Position numbers and translations under genes: made by a program. A stretch of DNA of 63,997 nucleotides, counting the filler, from Diploschistes diacapsis (taxonomy: Eukaryota), in assembly GCA_023645945.1 (NCBI GenBank). It is 4 parts of 4 records of this genome, joined end to end, with 100 filler letters (N's around TTAATTAATTAA, not from the genome) between each part and the next. Parts side by side here need not be neighbours in the genome. Positions count along the whole stretch, not along the records: positions 1 to 16,815 come from JALAIB010000485.1; positions 16,916 to 33,658 come from JALAIB010000486.1; 2 more parts are not named here. One strand, 5' to 3'. Positions 12,478 through 23,004 of the stretch are shown here, one piece after another (positions within the stretch are counted from its first letter, which is position 1; each line of letters begins with the position of its first letter). The notes beneath the pieces were generated by a model. The model made no database searches. It was not told the DNA's origin and saw only the letters and a list, made by a program, of their open reading frames with translations.

Positions 12478-15063
12478 ATGGAGCCTCCAGCAAAACGAAG
12501 GCGCATCACTAAAGACCTTTCTCCTCCAAACAACAACACTGAAGCCCTTCATCCCTCCTGGGCTGATCTGCAGCTGAAATTCAAATCTAAGCTTGAGGAA
12601 ATTTTCGAGAAATACGGTAAAGACTTTACTGGAATCGGCGACGAAATTGATCTCCGTACTGGCGAGATTGTTGTCAACAATGGGCATCTTATCAAGCTTC
12701 GCGACAAGGTTGATGGCGAAGACGCTGAGACAGACAGTGGGTGGGATGTGGGCGCTGAGATAAACAATGGGTGGGAAACAAGCTCGGACGACGAAGACAT
12801 TCTGGCGCTCAGCAATGGTTTGCTGCGAATGAGGCGTCTAGGTTCTGGGCTTGCTGTTCCTCTAGTGAGGAATGATCGCGACCTTGATGCTGAGAAGTTG
12901 ATCACTATGAATTGGAAGGGGCAAGAGCCTCGGAGGCCTAAGAGCAAAGGTACACTCTTAGATTACCATTACCACGAATTGCGCTCCTTATCACTAAGTC
13001 TGATAGTTCTCGAGCCTCCAAATGCTAAATGCGCCCACTTACGAGCAGAAAGGATTATTCGTTCTATGGAGAGCCTGACTACTGACCCTAAATGGCAGGC
13101 TCCGCAGTTACCAGATAATTTATTGTTATGCAAAGGTGTTGATACAAGCAGTATGGGAGGAAAACCAGAAAGTGTTCCGAACGAGCCCATACCTCCGGAA
13201 ACCTTTATATGGCATGGCGAAAGAGACGTTCCGACGCCAACGCCGCGCTCGATTACCAGCAGATGGTCAAGGAAGGAGCTCGACAAGCTGAAACACTTTC
13301 GCTTTGATACAGAACTGGCCTACAGTGACTTGCATCACCATTTCCCTGGAAGAAAGTTGGAGGATTTACGAATTCGTTGGTGTCGTATGAAGAGCGCTGA
13401 CAAACAGTCTACATCCACACCACTCGATGTTGGAAATAATGAGGATTTACGCTATATGGGTCATGAAAAACCAAAGCAGGTACCGGCGCACATTTCGGAC
13501 AAGGGACATCGGAAGCCTTCCGCTATAAAATATCCTTACATCGACGAGATTTCTGCCTTGCGACCTCCACGAGTGCAGGAAAATCTTAGGATGGCGCAGA
13601 GTAAAAGCGTCCTAAATACATCACAGTCATGTTCAGAATCAATCCAAGCCGAGGATGAATTAGCCAGCGGTACGCAGCGTGTACCAAGACCTATAACATA
13701 TACATTGCCGCATGCCAAAATTACAAGGAAATCCTCTGGCCATCGAGCCGTACAAAGCGAAACAAATTCCCCCAAGAATAAACCTGTAAAAAGCCTACGC
13801 TGTCGCCCACCTGCATCTACCTTTCCCAAGCCGCCGTCTCCTCTCTCTGAACTTCGCGAAGAACGGATCCTTCCTACGATAAAACTTCTACCCACCAAAC
13901 ATTATGTTCCTGAGGAGGATAGTATTAGCTTAGAACCCACTGGAACCGTGGCAGGTCTAAGGTCGGGAAAGAGAGGTGAACGTGATGCCCTTGAGCAGCA
14001 TAAATCATCGTCCGCAGAGGAGACACCGGCTATGAGGCCAGAGAGTCTGTCAGGGGTTTGTGAAACAGCGGACACAGTACCGATTGCCAAGTCGGATGCG
14101 GTCAAGCCACCTAGACTGGAAATTGGAGCTCCACGCGTTATGCAGAACACAGATCATGATGATCAAGGCACAGTTGTAAAGAGTGGAAAGTTCCAAAGAG
14201 GATTTACACACCTGAATTCTGATTTCTGGCAAAAACCGACGTCGAAGCACGAACAAAGGTCTCGTTTAGCTTCCCGTATACCGGTGCTAACGGCAGAAGA
14301 GGGCTGCCAAAGCCTCAAGACATCGGTAACGACACAAGATAAACCACAGCTGAAAGCAGGACGGCCTGTCAATTTAAGATCTGCCCAGCCCACTCCTGTT
14401 TATGTGCCATGTGATGTTAAAGGTTCTGAGACGGTGTCAACTGTCCGACTCCATACATCTCGCGAAAGCCTGTCATCGATGTCTTCTGACCTTGTCCATG
14501 CACCAACGCTCGCCACCGATAGCCATGAATCGTTAAGTACAAAAGATAACATCTCGGACGTAGAAGAGTCATTCAGGGAGCCAAGCATTGAAATTGTTGA
14601 AGTACGTGTTGCAGCAGCAACTGTGGAAGAAACTGTCGACCAACCTGCACTACCGCCCAAAGTTGAGAACAGCGCAACTCGAGACAGACATAACTGCGTA
14701 GCAGAACAAACGGCATCCACGCCTGAATACTCGCACAGGAAAAGGCCGTCGTTCTCGAAGTCTGGATTCAAGTCTGCTCCAACATCACAGCTTGGGAAGA
14801 AGCAGTCAATGAGAAGGCTTACCGCTCCTCGAGAAGAAGTTCCGTCGACATCACAGCCCTCAAGTATCTCTTTGTTGTCGCTACTTGGCGAGGCTAGCGA
14901 AGATGAGCTTTCTATCTTTAACCCAACAGCTCTCCTCAAAACTCCGGCTCGGAACGTAGTGCATGCAGGCTTGACGAGCCCACGCTGCGGCAAGAATGGA
15001 ATTACTTGCAAACGCTCGTTCTGTCTTCGGTGTATTTCCTCTGACAGTGACGTGGGGTTCTGA
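12478..15063 (+). CDS. SCM3: Centromeric CENP-A chaperone Scm3-domain protein with Myb-like domain and C-terminal Cys cluster
   Basis: N-terminal LKFKSKLEEIFEKYGKDFTGIGDEIDLRTGEIVVNNGHL (Scm3 motif); Myb-like WSRKE...FPGRK...RW; terminal CGKNGITCKRSFCLRC; possible in-frame 57-nt intron 12950-13006. Confidence 0.85.
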   Translation: MEPPAKRRRITKDLSPPNNNTEALHPSWADLQLKFKSKLEEIFEKYGKDFTGIGDEIDLRTGEIVVNNGHLIKLRDKVDGEDAETDSGWDVGAEINNGWETSSDDEDILALSNGLLRMRRLGSGLAVPLVRNDRDLDAEKLITMNWKGQEPRRPKSKGTLLDYHYHELRSLSLSLIVLEPPNAKCAHLRAERIIRSMESLTTDPKWQAPQLPDNLLLCKGVDTSSMGGKPESVPNEPIPPETFIWHGERDVPTPTPRSITSRWSRKELDKLKHFRFDTELAYSDLHHHFPGRKLEDLRIRWCRMKSADKQSTSTPLDVGNNEDLRYMGHEKPKQVPAHISDKGHRKPSAIKYPYIDEISALRPPRVQENLRMAQSKSVLNTSQSCSESIQAEDELASGTQRVPRPITYTLPHAKITRKSSGHRAVQSETNSPKNKPVKSLRCRPPASTFPKPPSPLSELREERILPTIKLLPTKHYVPEEDSISLEPTGTVAGLRSGKRGERDALEQHKSSSAEETPAMRPESLSGVCETADTVPIAKSDAVKPPRLEIGAPRVMQNTDHDDQGTVVKSGKFQRGFTHLNSDFWQKPTSKHEQRSRLASRIPVLTAEEGCQSLKTSVTTQDKPQLKAGRPVNLRSAQPTPVYVPCDVKGSETVSTVRLHTSRESLSSMSSDLVHAPTLATDSHESLSTKDNISDVEESFREPSIEIVEVRVAAATVEETVDQPALPPKVENSATRDRHNCVAEQTASTPEYSHRKRPSFSKSGFKSAPTSQLGKKQSMRRLTAPREEVPSTSQPSSISLLSLLGEASEDELSIFNPTALLKTPARNVVHAGLTSPRCGKNGITCKRSFCLRCISSDSDVGF

Positions 15064-15153
15064 GTCCGCTTTACGTTTCCCCCCAATTCTGAATCTTGAG
15101 GCTTGGTGCTGCCGCAATTCAACGGATCCTTTACATCAAGCAGAGAAAGTTAG

Positions 15154-16644
15154 TCACGTCTGGAGGATATTGTTAAGCGTTAGGTCTTGCTCCGCCCCTA
15201 CGTTGCCAGCATCCGCCCAGAATTTGGAAAGGTGTCTTGTTCCCGAATCACAGATTAAAGTGACTATTCGATGTCCTGGTCCAAGTTGCTTCGCCAACTG
15301 TACGGCTGCGACGCCTGCGGCTTGTTAGCTGTGAGGATAGTCAATTAGCCTATACTTACAATTGACAGCGCTACTACTTCCGGCAAAAACACCGTCCTTT
15401 TCCACAAGCCATCGAGCCATTCCTAAAGCTTGGTCATCCCTCACTTTAAAGGCCTCGTCAATTAGTTCACGACCCTTTTCGAAGTTCTGAGTCACTCGAT
15501 TGATCCCGATACCTTCAACGATTGAGTCGACCTGATGTCGACGCCTCGTTCCTTCCTTTTCCTTGGGATCGAACATGACTCCATACTTGATGCGGTTGTA
15601 AAGGCCACTACCCTGGGGATCCGCGAGGACAATCCGAACTGAGGGTAGTCGAGACTTGAGAAAACAAGCCACACCAGCAATAGTACCACCAGTGCCAGCG
15701 CCCGCTACAAAGGCATCGACTCGCCCACCACATTGGCTAAATATTTCAGGCCCGGTTCCGTCGAAGTGAGCTTTCCAATTTGACTCGGTTTCGAACTGAT
15801 CGGCGAAGAAGCCTCGGCCGGGTTTTTGAGGGTCTTTTGTGTGTTCAGCAGCAAGATTACGGGCCCGATTCACGAAGTGCATTGGATCAATAATTGACGC
15901 TGGCGGGACACGCTCGACGATAGCACCGAGCTTGAGTAGCAATTCGGATTTTTCAATTGCTTGATCAGAAGGCATGCAGCTGCAGAGTCAGTATTTACTG
16001 TCCCATAATGCGATTACATGGAGATTCTTACATGTACGCTTGATAGCCCTTTGCTCTACATATTGTGGCAAGTGAAATGCCTGTTGAGCCCACAGTGCCT
16101 TCGTAAATCATGTCACCAGAATTTGGCACAAGTAAGCCCTGCTCCTCAGCCTGAAAGGCCATTAAGTAAGACATATTGAAGAATTTGTGCTTCAAGTACC
16201 TGCTTGATAATGCTCAAAGCTACACGATCTTTTGGGCTACCGCCTCCACCATTAAGGAACTGCGCTGCTCATTAGTCCATACTGCTATCCTAACTGTCGG
16301 TTCAAGCCTACCTCTGCCTTTGCTAATATTTCACAGCCCGTTTCTTCGGACAAGGATTTGATCCTAAATAAAGGCGTGTTGCCAATACAACCTTCTATAC
16401 CTTCGCAGATGGCTGGGAGCGTCAGAAGCCCTTCCGCCTCCCTGTCCCTTGCGTCTACTTGGATGGCACCCCCGGTGATACATAGTTTGTCGCCTACATG
16501 CGGCTCGATGTTGACGGCAGTAGCGTGTCTCCTTCCTCGCCGAAAGCGACGTTCCAAATCGGGATAGAAATCTTTAAAGCCTAGGGTCAATGTTATGCCT
16601 GCGATGAAAGCCAGCGTAGGGACGACTCTTGAGTAACTAGCCAT
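15154..16644 (-). CDS. Cysteine synthase 2 (PLP-dependent, Cys12/Mcy1-like), multi-exon
   Basis: [53 protein letters not shown]; last exon [20 protein letters not shown] ends at TGA 15156-15154. Confidence 0.93.
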
Positions 16645-16815
16645 ATATGCAATATCATTGTTGATAGATGGAGAAACTGCTGAAACGAAGTACAACTAAA
16701 TGAATTAGTATGTCTTATTCTGCCTACTGTAAAATTATATAACATATTTAATAACGCCCTAGTATACATTCTGCCTAATTCATTATAGCTCTGTTAGGTA
16801 CTTAGATCTCTATAC

Positions 16816-16915
16816 NNNNNNNNNNNNNNNNNNNNNNNNNNNNNNNNNNNNNNNNNNNNTTAATTAATTAANNNNNNNNNNNNNNNNNNNNNNNNNNNNN
16901 NNNNNNNNNNNNNNN
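16816..16915. other. Assembly gap with artificial six-frame-stop linker
   Basis: N-run, TTAATTAATTAA, N-run; exactly 100 nt. Confidence 0.98.
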
Positions 16916-17312
16916 TATAATTGTAATAAGTTCATAACGCTTACGAAAGCTGTTAACGTGCGTTAAACGAAAGAAAGAGCATTTTATGAGATAAAAAAAT
17001 TAAAAAAATAGAAATAGATTAAGAAAAACGATCAATAATACTTTAAACTACTGAAATATATAAAAATATGAAGATAATTCCGACAAAAGATTAATTATTT
17101 TAAAAAGGGTTTTTGGCGTTAGCGTCGATGACGTTGGCGATTAAATATAATTAGATGAATTTATAGAGTCAGATATAGCTACTATTCGATCTATAGGGCT
17201 TCAAATGAATCATTTTTAGAAATATTTTATTTTAAATATTAACTATTGTAGTTTTGCTATTGTATCACGTATTCGGTTACTAGGGTCTGTTCGGGTACTA
17301 GGGTCACGACGT
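16916..17312 (+). mobile_element. Right end of a degenerate AT-rich pogo/Fot1-type DNA transposon
   Basis: AT-rich tract ending in two direct repeats TTCGG(T/G)TACTAGGGTC (17272-17287, 17290-17305), then terminal ACGT (17309-17312) and TA; same TIR architecture as the MITE at 21160. Confidence 0.6.
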
Positions 17313-17555
17313 TAGCTTAGCTGGAGTAGAGCGAAATAGTAATAAAGCCACTAACACGTTCCACGGCCTGGGGCACTCCCCCTTTCAGGGTACGCTGGCC
17401 AGCATCGGGTAGATGCGGCTTTCTCTGACCTAACGCGTCGACCTACAGATGTACAGAGGTATAACTAGGTATAATGTGGAAGGTGCAGCTTATAATGGCC
17501 TTCATCCTAAGATCTTCGCTTTATAGAAATCCGAATGCCCAGCTGACGCACAGCA

Positions 17556-19079
17556 ATGCAATCTACATGCTTTAAGATTGTTCGACGAGCCACTATTACA
17601 CAGTCTCCACGGTCAATCAGCCTCTTGACGAGCAGGCTCCTTTATACCAAGCATCCGAAAGGCTTCTCGCCGCCCACAAGTGAAGACCTTGCAGAGCTGA
17701 GAGAGACTGTGCAGCAGTTCACAAGTAAATCAAGCCACTCTCTAACTTTGCGCTGTAACGCCGGGCTAAAGCAAGTAGAAAGAGAGATTCCAGAAGAGGT
17801 CGCTGCGAAAACAGATTTGGAGAATGAGTTTCCAAACCATATGTGGAGAAAGTTTGGCGAGGCCGGGTGAGCTTGTTAGTTATGAACTGTCATACTTCTT
17901 CTAGCTCATTTATCACAGCTTTCTCGGCGTAACTGCTGATGAACACTACGGAGGTTTGGGCATGGGATATCAGGCGCACTGTGTTATTCTTGAGGAATTA
18001 AGCAGAGCATCCGGTTGGCAACATAATCATTGCTCTCAAGAATGTGACTTACTGTTGCAGGGAGTATCGGGCTATCCTACGCAGCGCATTCCCAGCTATG
18101 TATTAATCAGCTTTCGCTACATGCTACGCCAGAGCAGAAGGCGCAGTTTCTGCCGGACTTGATTACCGGGGCGAAAATAGGGGCACTGGCCATGTCCGAG
18201 CACTCGGCTGGGTCGGATGTAATTAGTATGAAAACAACCGCCCGCAAAACCGAAGGCGGATGGGTTCTCAATGGCAATAAGATGTGGATCACAAATGTGA
18301 GCCCCATTAGAGTTCTTACAGTTACGAGACTGATACTCGCGCAGGGCCCCGATGCCCATCTTGTAATCGTATATGCAAGAACAGAGCCTGACCGAGCTTC
18401 CAAAGGTATCACAGCCTTCGTCGTTGATACTTCCGAACGAGGGTTCTCTGTGGCACGTAAGTTAGACAAACTCGGCATGAGGGGATCAAACACTGGTGAA
18501 CTGGTTTTTGAAGACGTGTTTGTTCCAGAAACAAGTGTTTTAGGAGCCGTGAATCGAGGTGTTCCAGTTCTCATGGAGGGTTTGGACCTCGAACGCTTGG
18601 TACTCAGTGCCGGTCCGCTTGGGTAAACCCGATCGATTGGCTATGATGTTACGCTCTGCTTATCCAACCCTAGTATCATGCAAGCATCCCTTGACCTGGT
18701 ATTGCCATATGTACACACCAGGAAGCAATTTGGCGCCCCAATCGCTTCGAACCAACTGATACAAGCGAAGCTAGCAGACATGTACACCAAGATGCAGGCG
18801 TCCAGATCGTATACTTTCAGCACGGCCAAAGCGATCGACGAGGGTCGACCCGTTAGAACCCAAGATTGCGCGGGTAGTATACTATATGCGGCAGAAAGAG
18901 CGACCGAGTGTGCCCTGGATGCCATTCAGCTCATGGGAGGTATGGGCTACGTGAACGAGATTCCTGCAGGTAGGCTGCTCAGAGATGCAAAGCTATATGA
19001 GATTGGAGCTGGTACAAGTGAGGTAAGAAGGATGGTCATTGGGCGGGCTTTTAACAGGGAGTACGGTTTGTTGAGATGA
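17556..19079 (+). CDS. ivdA: Mitochondrial isovaleryl-CoA dehydrogenase, multi-exon
   Basis: Presequence-like N-terminus; [70 protein letters not shown]. Confidence 0.96.
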
Positions 19080-19643
19080 TACTGGAAATTTTGATATATA
19101 AAAACGCCACTGTGGCAATGAAAGACCGAAAGTTTTCACATCACAAGATGCAGATCGAATCGTAACCCTCAAAGAACGTCATCCGCAGCTTCACCATTGT
19201 GGTGGGAATGTTTCCATTGTCGGTGTGTAGGTGGTCGTTGATTTGAAATGGGCTTTTTACGTAAATAGTTCAGCTGTGAATTGTTTGGCTGAGGGCGTCA
19301 TCGATACGCACACTGCAGAATTCCAGCACGAGTCGATCCTTCTACCTGCCAACCCGCATGGAATCCCATGAACTATTCCGGCGTGATAGCTATCTGAAGG
19401 TATCCAGTGAATTTCAGAGACTCACCGAGGCCATCTACTCAAACCCTTCCAGGCTCAGTGACTAAAGCTTTTTTGTCATCAGTTAAAAGTTGACTTGCTT
19501 GGAACCAATTTATATCTGAATTTGCTGGGCTACTATCTTAGTCCCGGATCTTGAGGAGTGGCACGTTGTTTATAGGTGCTATCTTTGCTTGTGAGCGACC
19601 AGTTAAGCTTGAGTTGCAGCTATTGTAGTTTTGTCGAACGGCT

Positions 19644-20707
19644 ATGGCACCACAGACGACTATTCCTATTGCAGCGGATGTGCTCAGCACGATCGGGACT
19701 GTATTCTGGTGCGTCCAACTGGCGCCGCAAGTATGGTATAACTGGAGGCGTAAGAAAACGGAAGGTAGAGCAACTGTCTTTCATGATAGACAGTACTGTG
19801 ACTAACAATCCACAGGCTTGCCAGGATCCATGATGTTTATCTGGGCTACCTCTGCCGTGCCGTTTGGAGTATATGCAATCATACAGGTTATAGATACACC
19901 GTACAAGTTCCTCGACCAATACTGACTTTCAAGAATTTTGCAATTCCGATCCAGATTCAACCACAGATATTCGGAACGCTTGCCTTGGTTAACTGGGGAC
20001 AAACGTTATTATACCAGAAGTATTCCAAATTTTCCGAAAGCGACATTATCACTCAACGTCAGCAGCTCCTGGAAGAAGTGGACTGCCTCAGCAATTGTGA
20101 TTCTCTTTGCCGTAATTTTCGGCGGAATTGAGCTCGCATTGGTCCTCACTCTGCGGGTAAGAATCTCAACCGATGGTGATATGTGACTGACGCGAGGGAT
20201 TAGCCGGTTTACGATAAAGGTGTCGCTTGGCCCGTTATCCTTATTGGTGTAGTCGCAGCTGTGCTTCTGGTTTTGGGTTTTTTGCCACCCTACCTGGAGA
20301 TATGGACGAGGAGAGGACAGGTAGTGGGGATAAGTAAGGTCACATGTGCAGAGCGTATGAGTGTGCTGACTCTGTGTTCCAGGTTGGATATTCCTTACCA
20401 TTGACTGTTTGGGTGCTCTGTTTTCGGTGTTTGCACTAGGTAAGATCAGGAATTTCCGGATTCTGGGGCTAAAGGCTTACTGGACAGTCGCGCAACGAAG
20501 CTTCGATGCCCTAGGCGCCACCCTTTATATTGTCGTGTAAGTGAACATGCCTTCAAACTGCAAAGCGCTGCATGTTGATGTCATAGTCTGGTACTGGAAG
20601 TGGGTATCTTGTTAAGCCAAGGAATCTGGCTCCTCAGAACTCGAAGAACGGAGAAGCAAGTTGAGCTCGCCATCCCACCTATCAATAACGACGCTGAAGC
20701 TCTTTAA
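19644..20707 (+). CDS. PQ-loop repeat membrane protein (YDR090C-like), about 7 exons
   Basis: Spliced translation MAPQTTIPIAADVLSTIGTVFWCVQLAPQVWYNWRRKKTEG-LPGSMM...IQIQPQIF...GFLPPYLEIW...GIWLLRTR; stop 20705-20707. Confidence 0.88.
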
Positions 20708-21159
20708 TTCAACGCCATGATCGTAGGGCAACTTTCACTTTCCCCATAGGAGTGCGAGAACGTGCAAACTCTCAAACTGCAGCTCACTAAATTTCGATAT
20801 CAAGAGTTATTCTAAAAGGGTAAGGATAGGAATTGGGAAGTATTGGAATTCAACTTCGTGCAACTTGCGGATGTCGCCCGCTGGAAGACATTTCTTGGCG
20901 GAATAAAGTTTCGTGCCTGTTATCGACAACAGATCTTTGCACTGAAAGGCTGGCCTGGTTCTCGCCGGAAACGGCGTGCAAGATATTTGGCGGACAGGCT
21001 GTGCTAGACTACACCACAACCTGAAAGCTGAGAGATTCATGTCTGTATGGTTGCCAGTAATGAGCAAGATCTATGGCATTTGGACCATATTAGAAACAGA
21101 ACACTAGCCCTAGGGGTCTCCCCTCGCAAGATGATTAAGTTGATAATTCTCCTCCTATA

Positions 21160-21368
21160 ACGTGTTTCACCACATAACGGGTTACACCACAAAGCGGGTT
21201 ACAATCCCTGCACCTTCGTAAAATGTATTTCTTAACATTTTCACCTTTCGTACAAATAATCCCACGTGTGGTTGTGGGGCTCAAAAGCTCGCTTAAAACT
21301 ATCTAGCGCATCTACATTATAATGAGTAACCCGCTTTGTGGTGTAACCCGTTTTGTGGTGAAAGACGT
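21160..21368. mobile_element. MITE of pogo/Fot1 (Tc1-mariner superfamily) type, 209 bp
   Basis: 43-bp terminal inverted repeats (21160-21202 and 21326-21368, 2 mismatches) beginning ACGT, each with a duplicated 17-bp CACCACAWARCGGGTTA unit; flanked by TA on both sides. Confidence 0.9.
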
Positions 21369-22012
21369 TAATACGTTTGACTCAGGACCCAGATCCAATA
21401 GCAGAGCCTAAGCCCTGTTTCGGGTTAGCGGACACTGACTCAATCGTCATCTACTATATCTACTATCTCAACTAGGAAATAAATCCCTAGCCTGCCTAGC
21501 CAGCTGGCAGTAATTGTTAAGCAGGCAGGTAAAAGGCATGGCTGTGAGGTCAGCTGAATTTTACGTTCAGGTTCAGTTCAATTGAATTTATTAAAATTCT
21601 GACTAGACCGAATCGGGAGTAGTATAACCGGTAAGACTTAGTAGATCGCAGCGTAAATAAAAGTTTTTGAATAGGATATCACTTTAATATTAAAAACTTA
21701 AATTTTAACATGGAATATTGACCCGTGTAATGAGCGAGTTTTTATTGTATCGGGTTTAACGCGTAATTTTTAGAAATGATCTTTTAAAATATACTAAAAC
21801 GTAAAATTTTGGCCTTAATCTATTGTAATCGATTACCTGCAACTTTCTCTAACCATCTAGTATATGATCGGGTTCTTAACTCGAGCCTGGACCCTCAATA
21901 TGAATGGCAAATAAGAACCTTTGATCCGCCATTTGCAACTACGGGGGCCTTTGTTTCTTTACTCTTCCTCATGCTGATACGCATGGACTACCAAACCCCA
22001 TAAGCATTCAAA

Positions 22013-22576
22013 ATGGTGGTGAAGATTCGTCTGGCTCGCTTTGGAAAGAGGAACGCGCCCTTCTACAACATCGTCGTGGCAAATGCTCGGTAATACGCCC
22101 CAAGCTCGTTGCTCCATGCCCGGCGTGCCTGGCTCTCCTACTTGTGCTGACTTTAACTCGTACGAAATAGGACTGCTCGGAACAGTAAGCCAATTGAAGT
22201 CATTGGTAAGTGAGCATCCTGCACTCCGTAAGCCTTGTGTTGACCACCAGGGCTAATGGCGCGATGAAAGGCACCTACGATCCAATTCCCAAGAAACCCC
22301 AGTTTGGCGAAGGCAAACCCTATAAGGATATTAAAATCGACACTGGGAGGGCAAAGTATTGGCTCGGTGTCGGTGCTCAACCATCAGATCCGATGCGGAG
22401 GATGTTGGCTATGGTATGATTTGCTCCCTAGAGTCCAATAGAACGCAATCGAGCTGATAGACATACCCGTGGAATAGTTAGGATTGGTACAGCCAAAGTA
22501 TAGTGTACTGGAAACGAAACAGAAGTTAAGAGAACTGGAGCAGGGGAAAGTCGAGGAGGGAACCCTATCAGCGTGA
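22013..22576 (+). CDS. MRPS16: Mitochondrial ribosomal protein bS16m, 4 exons
   Basis: [44 protein letters not shown]...RAKYWLGVGAQPSD. Confidence 0.95.
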
Positions 22577-23004
22577 TGGTACGGATACAGTTTACGGATA
22601 CAGTTCAAGAGTCGGCTGGAAAAGATTAGCTCAACGATCGGATACGGCTGAAGTGAGGGCAAATATACGCCATCTAAGCATCAGTGAAAGTTGGTATAGG
22701 AGTTTTTTAGGAGCATTTGCAACAACCGGTGTTTGGTTCCACCGCTGTATTTATAGCTTTCTGAAACATTTTCATCTTAGGTGCCACACAGACTTCAGTG
22801 TATAAGTCTTCATAGCATAGGGGTTATTGTTAAAAGCAGGGCTTCTTCTATACGATAAAACTTGTGCAAATGGGTATCTGGATATGATAACACCCCATAT
22901 CAAGAAATATGGTTTCATATAAGACTGACACGCGTTTCTACCAAACGCCGGCGCTATGCTTCTCTTCGTGAATTGCCAAAATCCATATGCTTCAGGAGCA
23001 TGCG

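Noticed and set aside
14400..15122. 240-aa antisense ORF (and similar shadow ORFs over the MFS, GT15 and MCH1 genes)
   Set aside because: Overlap well-supported genes; explained by codon bias.
16860..16871. TTAATTAATTAA palindrome repeated three times in the window
   Set aside because: Always centred in N-runs totalling 100 nt; an artificial scaffold spacer with stops in all six frames.
21378..21442. Two TGACTCA (Gcn4/CpcA-type) sites
   Set aside because: Short motif lying between TE relics, ~600 bp from the nearest ATG; no supporting evidence.
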